A stretch of 64,000 nt of DNA from Macrostomum lignano (Eukaryota), in NCBI GenBank assembly GCA_002269645.1, contig NIVC01002327.1:26852-90851 (forward strand), written 5' to 3'. The notes below the pieces were generated by a model, which did no database searches, was not told where the DNA came from, and was given only the letters and a program-made list of their open reading frames with translations. A program made the translations under genes and the position numbers. This document shows, piece after piece, positions 51,701 through 60,222 of the stretch (its first letter is position 1; the number at the start of each line of letters is the position of its first letter).

Positions 51701-54700
51701 TAGTTTCTATCCTAGTGTCTCTATAGTTTCTATCCTAGTGTCTCTATTGACTATAGACTATAGTGTACCTGTTTCTATCCGAGAGTCTATAGTTTCTATC
51801 CGAGAGTCTCTAGTTTCTATCCGAGAGTCTCTAGTTTCTATTCTATGGTCTCCATAGTTTCTATCCTAGAGGCTCCATTGTTTCTATTCTAGAGTCTAGT
51901 TTCTATTCTGGAATCTAGGATCTAGAATCTAGACTTATGCTGCAGCCTCATCGTCTATCTTAGAATCCCATCTTCTACCCGCAGAGCCAGTTGTCAGCAG
52001 CATGAACTGGCGAACCATGCTGGTGATGGGCGTTTTAGTTTTTGCCTACCTGCTTCTCGGTGGAGTGCTTTTTCAATTTTTAGAGCAGTCGAACGAATCA
52101 TCCAGTCACGATGGAGTCAGGGTAGCTCTCAATGAGTTTCTTGGTAAGTTATGTTAATGTGAATTTATTGCTCCCACCCATTCTTTTCAGTTTCAGCCAT
52201 TTCCAATTGTAGCCACCTCACTTCATGTCGAGGTCGCTCTCTGATTGGCTGGTGCAAAACTACTCTGCCATGCCTCTCTTCTGTGTATTCCATTCATTCC
52301 TTCCTTCCCCTATGCAGCCAGCCACCTCACTCCATGTAAAGGTCGCTCGCTGATTGGCTGGTGCAAAAGTACTCTGCTATGCCTCCCTCGATTTGTATAT
52401 TCCGTTCTTTCCTTCCTTACACTAGGCAGCCAGACACCTCACTCCATGTCAAGGTCGATTGCTGATTGGCTGGTTTACTTCCCAATGTCATTCTAGCCCA
52501 GAATCCTGGCATCGATTCGAAAAATCTAAGCCAACTGCTCACTCGGGTTAGCAAAGCTTTTCGCGCCGGCTTCAGTTTGGTGAGAACGGTTCGCTGACCG
52601 CGCCGCCGTCTAAGTGGGACTATCCGGGCTCCGTGTTCTTCTGCCTCACCGTAATCACCACCATCGGTTACGGCAACCTGTCGCCGACCACCCCGGCTGG
52701 CCAGTCCGTCTGCTGTGTGTACGCCCTGATCGGCATCCCCATGCTGGCGGTGTTCCTCAGCGGCATCGCCGACCGAGTGAAAGGCGTCCAGCTGCGACTC
52801 CACCGGTTGTCCTGCTGGCGCAACCGCGGCCGACTTCCCAAAGCTGCCACCTCAGTGGTGTACACCCTGATCGGCTTGGTGATATTCTTCATCGTGCCAG
52901 CCTCTGTGTTCACCGCCACCGAGGGGTGGAGCCTCGAGGTGGGCGTGTACTACAGCCTGGTGACCCTGTCCACCATAGGATTCGGCGACTATGTTGCCGG
53001 TAAGTCAGGAGACTGCGCGGTCAAGAGCTGCCCGAATACTAGCTAAGTGGGCGGCACCCCTGGAAATGGCACCCCTGGAAATGGCACCCCTGGAAATGGC
53101 ACCCCTGGAAATGGCACCCCTGTAAATGGCACCCTTGGAAATGGCACCCCTGGAAATGGCCTACCTCTGGGAATGGCACCCCTAGCTCAATGGCGCCCCT
53201 GGAATGGCACCCTAGCTGGGAATGGCACCCCTGGAAATGGTACCTCTGGGAATGGCACCCCTAGCTGGGAATGGCACCCCTAGCTGGGAATGGCACCCCT
53301 AGCTGGGAATGGCACCCCTAGCTGGGAATGGCACCCCTAGCTGGGAATGGCACCCCTAGCTGGGAATGGCACCCCTAGCTGGGAATGGCACCCCTAGCTG
53401 GGAATGGCACCCCTAGCTGGGAATGGCACCCCTAGCTGGGAATGGCACCCCTAGCTGGGAATGGCACCCCTGGAAATGGCACATGTGGGAATGGCGCCCC
53501 TGTAATGGCACTCCTAGCTGGGAATGGCACCCCTGGAAATGCACATGTGGGAATTGTCATTGAAATTGGGAGCTTCATTTTCGGAAAATATCAGAATTGT
53601 ACTTGTATCATTCAGCCTGTTCAAAACAAGACTGCTTGAGAGTCGTAAATACACATCTTAACACTATTTGAGATGATGCCACTCCAGCCCTGAATATCGG
53701 GCTTGAATTGGGGATGGGACCTCTTGGCTACTCTTATTATTGGTTTTTTCTCTCACTCAATGCGGCTTGCAGAGAATTTGATGAAACAGAGGCTTAGGGA
53801 TGCATTGGGTGTGCACCAGGGTTTTCTTAACTGTTTCTTTTAGTCTTGCACTCAGCGCTCTGTTTCTGGTCTTTAGATGTACCAGAAATAGAAGTACATC
53901 TGTACTAGTGTGTAATTTGAATAATTATAATCTAAGTAATTTTACAATGCACTACACACAGCATGTCACGGCGATATCAGAGATGAAGGTTGATGCTTAG
54001 CCAACAAAAATTGCACTGTAGACCCATTTCTATTCTATGATGGCAGGCAGTCACAGATAGCTGCTAATCACAGATAGCAGCTAATCAAAGATAGCAGCCA
54101 ATAACAGATAGCAGCCAATCATAGATAGCAGCCAATCAAAGATAGCAGCCAATCGCAGATAGCAGCCTATCAAAGATAGCAGCCAATCATAGATAGCAGC
54201 CAATCAAAGATAGCAGCCAATCATAGATAGCAGCCAATCAAAGATAGCAGCCAATCAAAGATAGCAGCCAATCGCAGATAGCAGCCTATTAAAGATAGCA
54301 GCCAATCAAAGATAGCAGCCAATCATAGATAGCAGCCAATCAAAGATAGCAGCCAATCGCAGATAGCAGCCTATCAAAGATAGCAGCCAATCATAGATAG
54401 CAGCCAACCAAAGATAGCAGCCAATCATAGATAGCAGCCAATCAAAGATAGCAGCCAATCAAAGATAGCAGCCAATCGCAGATAGCAGCCTATTAAAGAT
54501 AGCAGCCAATCAAAGATAGCAGCCAATCATAGATAGCAGCCAATCAAAGATAGCAGCCAATCATAGATAGCAGCCAATCAAAGATAGCAGCCAATCATAG
54601 ATAGCAGCCAATCAAAGATAGCAGCCAGTCATAGATAGCAGCCAATCAAAGATAGCAGCCAATCGCAGATAGCAGCCAATCAAAGATAGCAGCCAATCAT

Positions 54701-55310
54701 AGATAGCAGCCAATCATAGATAGCAGCCAATCAAAGATAGCAGCCAATCAAAGATAGCAGCCAATCATAGATAGCAGCCGTAAAAACAGATCCAGGTAAA
54801 GCTTGTATTTTTGTTCACCAACAGTCCAGTCTCACATTTTTAGTCCAAACATCTAAACTCAAAACTGGTGTTAATACTCGCTATTGCTCACTCACAGGTC
54901 AGACGTACTCATCAGACGTGTACAGGTTCAGCTTGGCCGTGTGGATATTCCTGGGTATGGTGTTCGTCTCCGGGCTAATCAATGCCGTACAGGTGGGCAT
55001 GGAGAAGGGCACCCAAATTGCGCAATCCAACGGCGACAATCAGTTGGTTGCTAAGCTGACTAATCAGTCGCCTAGACCCGACTCGTCAGTTCCAGACACT
55101 CGGCGGGAAGGCGAAGCTGGCAACGGCGACATTGAGTCGATCGGCGACGCGGGCACCAGCGGTGTCTGCGCCTTCTGTGATCCCAATAAGCCGGCATCGG
55201 CATCTGAGCAGCCTACCAATACAGCTGAAGAATTAACACTAGAAGATTTACCAAATAGTCGGACTGATAAGGAGAAGGTTGGGGAATCCAGCAACGAAGA
55301 GCAGGCTTGA
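48787..55310 (+). CDS. KCNK-like: Two-pore-domain potassium channel (TREK/KCNK2-10-like), about 380 aa, 4 exons, with a frame break in exon 3
   Basis: Exons 48787-48853 (less certain), 51985-52143, 52497-52999, 54898-55310, all phase 1. M1 MNWRTM...YLLLGGVLFQFLEQ; P1 WDYPGSVFFCLTVITTIGYGN; M2 CVYALIGIP; P2 YYSLVTLSTIGFGDYVAG; M4 YRFSLAVWIFLG. Confidence 0.87.
48880..51750. repeat. 23-bp minisatellite (TTTCT[T/A]TCCTAGTGTCTCTATAG)n, about 2.9 kb, K2P intron 1
   Basis: About 125 units, degenerating to about 51910. Confidence 0.97.
52210..52470. repeat. Three diverged about 110-bp repeats (CAGCCACCTCACTCCATGT..AGGTCG...CTGATTGGCTGG), K2P intron 2
   Basis: Copies near 52210, 52320 and 52430. 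Confidence 0.8.
53050..53545. repeat. 15/19-bp minisatellite (GGAAATGGCACCCCT / GGGAATGGCACCCCTAGCT)n, K2P intron 3
   Basis: Directly visible. Confidence 0.93.
54055..54780. repeat. 17-bp minisatellite (GATAGCAGCCAATCAAA)n, K2P intron 3
   Basis: About 42 units. Confidence 0.95.
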
Positions 55311-55586
55311 CGAGCAGGGCAGGGGCAGGGTCAGTTCAGATCGGGAATGTGACGCCAGGCCAGATATAGAGAAGAGACTGAGTGTGATGTGATCATGTGA
55401 CAGAATTTTTCAGCTCTAAATGATTTTGCTTCAGCCTTGCCTTTTTGCTGGAGCTCCCACGTGCCATTTGTCAAAATAGCAAAAGCTATCAAATCGTATT
55501 TTATGCATCCTTCGTCCCGGCTTGCGCAGCAGAAAAAAATATTTTACGTTTAAGTTATATTTTAAAAAATTAAGCCCATGGAGTTA

Positions 55587-55668
55587 GACGAGGTGGCCGA
55601 GTGGTTATGGCGATGGACTGCTAATCCATTGGGGTTTCCCCGCGTGGGTTCGAATCCCATCCTCGTCG
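55587..55668 (+). tRNA. tRNA-Ser-GCT: tRNA-Ser(GCT), type II with a long variable arm
   Basis: 82 nt. Acceptor stem GACGAGG/CCTCGTC, anticodon arm ATGGA-CTGCTAA-TCCAT, variable arm GGGG-TTT-CCCC, T loop GGTTCGAATCCC; T5 terminator about 8 nt downstream. Confidence 0.96.
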
Positions 55669-57847
55669 ACTGAAATTTTTAAATTCTTTTTGTTTCATAA
55701 ATATCAAAAGTATTCCAATCGCTATTCATATCATTAAACATTAATATATTATTTGTGGAGTTACTTGCCATCCTTAAAAATTAAAAATTTAACATACAAA
55801 TTTATGCTACATTAAACATACTACACAACATATCGTGATATCGGTCGCGTAAACGCAGTAATAAAGTATTAGTATTACTCTTGCGCTTATCTTGCGTAAA
55901 AAGTAGACACTGAGTAAGTACTATTTAAAACTCCCCAGTAAAGGAAAAACGCATTAAACAGTTAATAAATCACTAAAATTCATTGATAGCTATAAATAAA
56001 AAATAATAAACTGTACGGTACGGTCCATTTACAGTAGTGTATCGGACACTTGTATATCATTTTAACTATAAATGTGCAAAAAGATATTTAAAATATTTTT
56101 AGTTATTATTCTCTACACTTTATTATTTTTTCAACGTTAAACGAAATCTATATCATTCCTAATCCTGATAAAAAAATATTTACTACTCTTATTTTGTTAT
56201 ACGTCTGATTTCTGCAAGGTGCATTGTCCAATTAGACGAGTAGGTTTCAAATGCACAAAAATTATATTCTACGAATAAAGAAAACTTTATGGTAAAGGTG
56301 TGTATGATTGTATGGTTTATTAAGTGTGCTTGATGTTATCTACAGAAACGTGTAAAAGTATAATACGACTGTTCTTTATTGAAAGGAGTATTAAAATTAA
56401 GAAATAATTTAGTACAATAACGCCTTTTCGTTTTGTAAATAAGATTCAATCAAAGATTTATCAACTTCAATACACTTTCATACATAGGCTAGGGTAGGGG
56501 CCTAAAGTAATAGGCCTCATGTAAATTGATTACCTTGACTATAATTAACTATCATTACCAAAACTAGGCCCAATGTTATTGGTTAGGCCCTACCATTCTA
56601 AATCTATCCTAGAAAGCAAAACTCGATAGTTTGGTAAAGAAGATATAGTATTATCAGAGATTGAGATAAAGAGATATAGAGATTGGGATGAAGAGAATTG
56701 ATGAGAGAGACTTTTTATTCCTGTACCAGTGACGTTAAAATATTTATAGTTTTTATTCAATTTTGATTTTTGTAACTAATAGTAATACTAGCTAATGCCT
56801 TAGTTTTCTATTTAAGATTATAATTTTACATCTAATAGGCCCTATATACCAAATTAGATCATAGTCCAGATCACACTAGGTGCACACCCAAACAAAAATT
56901 GAATAAATATAAATGCATGCCAAAATGGAATGCATAGGCTATCCATTCTCAAAACTATGCCAATGTTGCAACAATAAATGACCTTTTTATATTATGACAA
57001 TGAATGACCTTTTGAATTGCCACACTAAGACTATAGACCAAGTGGCTGTGTCTAGAATGCAGAAACTTATAAACATGGCAGCTGTGTCTCTAATAGTGAC
57101 TAGGTCCATATTTATAGACATGGCTACTGTGTATATAAGTTTCTGCATTATAGACATGGTTGCCATGTCTATAAATAGACCTATAGACCTAGTTATAATT
57201 AGACACAACTATTGTGTCAATGAAACTTGCATAGCAGCCAGGCTATATTGTTAATAGTGAATAGGTTCACACTTAAAGACACAGTGGGAAGAGTAACATT
57301 AAATCTTAAAGGGTGGCTGCAATTATATATGTAGCTACAAAAAAATTTTGATTCATATTGCTTGCACTTTGTCATGAGTTAAACAATATATAGCCTGACT
57401 AAATGTGTAATTAAGCAACTTGAGAATAAATGAAAATCTAGCAATAACTAAACAGCATAAACAAAAATGTGGCAAACTTCTTATAATATAAAATTTATAA
57501 TAATCTATAAGTTTAAATACTTATAGATATAGCTATACACCATAGTCAAGAAGGTGATACAATGTGTGCCAGAATAAATTTTTAGGACAATCTGTGTGCT
57601 GTTTATGCACCATTTTTGTACCATCTTTGCGCCATTTGTGCAAGAAGTCTATGCCTTTATTTTATGTATTTTATGTAAATTACATATTTTATGACAAATT
57701 TACAAAATTCTTAGAATTCATGCAGACTCAATATGCTATGCCAGTTTTATGCTAATAAAGATTCTATTCTGATTTGAAGTTGTGCATAGCACTGTATTTG
57801 TCAGGGACCTCAGTGTGCGCCATGATTGTGCGCCGCATGCACTAGGG

Positions 57848-58566
57848 CCCTATTGGAATAATTTTCAAAAACCCATAGACGCGCAACACAGGTGCCAAAA
57901 TTGTGCCCTTAAAAGCGCAATGCGACACCAAATTTTGTTGACTAGGGGCGGCGACGCAACATTGGTGTCTGTTGACCAAATGACTGGGGGTAGAGGACGC
58001 CATAGCAGCCATATTGCAATTGACAATTCCCATTCTGCCGTTCACTCCCAATACCCCAACACCAAGACAATGGGGTGTGGGACAAGAGTATTCCTTTCAA
58101 TTTTGTGGAAAAAGAAATGAAATAAAAAAACAGTGAAACAACAAAGGTACAACACTTAGAAAAACAGCACACACATTGTAACTAACAAGTAACATTTCTA
58201 AAAAATATATTTGAAGTATTAGTTACTTTACAGTCAAAATGAAAAAGAACAAATCAAGAAATAGTTATTATCAAACATGTTTGAAACATTTAAATACCAA
58301 GAAACAACCATGAACATATTATTATAATGAAACACAGTTTGTGAGGTTTTGGCTACAGATCCAGGCCGCAATGCGACACATGACAATGCCAGCCGCCAAG
58401 TTGTCACATTGTTGTGTCGCATTTGCGACGCATGACGACACCAGGTTTCCACAGTGTCACGCAACGCGACACACTACTTGAAACCACTGTCGCGCAACGT
58501 GACACCAGTAGAATCCGAAAATGTGACGGACGGTTGTCCGCGTTTTGTCAACTTATTCCAATAGGG
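57848..58566. mobile_element. Putative non-autonomous DNA transposon (MITE), about 720 bp
   Basis: Perfect 14-bp TIRs CCCTATTGGAATAA (57848-57861) and TTATTCCAATAGGG (58553-58566); many GCGACAC/TGTCGC subterminal motifs at both ends; AT-rich centre; no transposase ORF. Confidence 0.6.
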
Positions 58567-58814
58567 TGCCAGGGACCTTAGTGTGCACCATGATTGTGTG
58601 CCAAGGACCCCTTGTATTGTGCTGGAATTTTTAATGGCAAAGACCACCTTCCTGACTATGGGCTACATATATATTTGTGGCTGCACTAGGATTTAGCAAA
58701 GAATTCTTATTAAAAAAATTTAATTTAATTTATTTTTTATTTTAATAAAAAACTTAAAAAGTTATAGATGGAAAAAAATCTATTTGCTAAAAAAATTTTA
58801 AATTAAAAAACACC

Positions 58815-58885
58815 AACCTCTTGGGATTTAAACCTTCCTACACCCAATCACAAGGCAATTGACATATCTACTAAGCCACCATTTG
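58815..58885 (-). pseudogene. Decayed tRNA-like head (tRNA pseudogene or SINE)
   Basis: Minus-strand A box TGGCTTAGTAG (58878-58868) and B-box-like GGTTTAAATCCC (58834-58823) at canonical about 44-nt spacing, with GTG in the anticodon position. Stems do not pair. Confidence 0.45.
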
Positions 58886-60222
58886 CTTATAAGAGAGCCC
58901 TATAGAACATGCATTTTATATTGATGATAATAGCTATGCCTATAAGCTCAAATATTATAGACATGGCCGCCATGCCTATAAGTACTCCATTTTTGAATTG
59001 CATAATACCATGGAACCTTTATGGCAAATAATTTATTTTATTTTTCTGCTTTTTCAGCAATTTCAGCAATATTTTCAGCAATATTATTCATAGTGGAAAA
59101 TCAATGCTTTATTACAAGCTTAAAAACCTGTAAAGCTTGAAAATTATACTTAAAATGAACTTTTTTCATCTTTTTTTCCATTTCACAATAACTATTCTGT
59201 GTTGATTTTATAAAGTATATGCTAGGTGTGCATACATGATTTTTGTAAGAATGATATATGCCAATTGTGCATGCCTACTTTTGGCATGCAAGGCTAATGC
59301 ATGTCCAAATTTTTGGGCATATACTATATGATCCAGAGTGTGGCTACTGAGGCCATAGTTCAAATCATATATTAGTAAATGCCAGGTTTAATGCTAGAAA
59401 AATTGATGAAACCTTGTTTGTATACTAGGTTTGTGCACCAATACAAAAATTTATTATTTGGCATGTATCTACTGTCATATATGCTGGGATATACCCTTAT
59501 GTATGCTAAAATATAAGACCTAAGACCTTGTTGTATGCCAAGAAATCTTGGCATATATGTCACCTAAACTATGGTGCTAAGGTAAAGGTTTATATATTAT
59601 TATCTATATTAAGTTTTGAATTCTGCTATATATTTATAACATTATAGGTTATTGTTAATGTTAGTTTCTTTAAAGTTAATATTATCTAGCAGATATTTAG
59701 CTTATTAACTATAGTACTTTATTATTGTGCCTGTTGAGTATCTGACTTGACAATTTTTTGTTGAGTAACTCAACCATTTTCTAGGATACTCAATTTCCAA
59801 GTTTTGTAATTAGTTGAGTTTTTTAGTAATATAACATTGCATACAATATAGTGTATTTATACATTACATAGAATACTTATAGATTAGTAAAATTGCTATT
59901 TCCAAGAGCATTACAATCTGCAATTAGTGACCAGCCCCACAAAAGCACAAGACGGCAATTTGGCCAAGCAGAGTTTAACGCAGTTTACCCAAAGTCGCAT
60001 TTTTGGCCAAAAACTACGTCGCATTTTGTTAAAACTAAGTCACACGGCCGACCGAATTTTGGGGGTTGTGCATGTATGCATGTATATGACAATGACATAA
60101 CTGATTGAGTTTTTGGTTAACCATTGCTGCCAATTCCAGCTCCTCTGTCTATAGAAACCCGCTAAAGCCAATCATAACACTTGACAGCTGCTCTCTACCA
60201 GGCTTCTGCAACAAACTCAGCA

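Noticed and set aside
85-55294. Minus-strand ORFs antisense to exons (for example 85-561, 2062-2328, 11142-11741, 52417-52803)
   Set aside because: They are shadows of GC-rich sense codon usage, with no recognisable domains.
55600-55612. tRNA-Ser D-arm variant (TTATGGC versus the recalled TTAAGGC)
   Set aside because: The change gives a G-U pair at 13-22 and should be tolerated; not evidence of a pseudogene.
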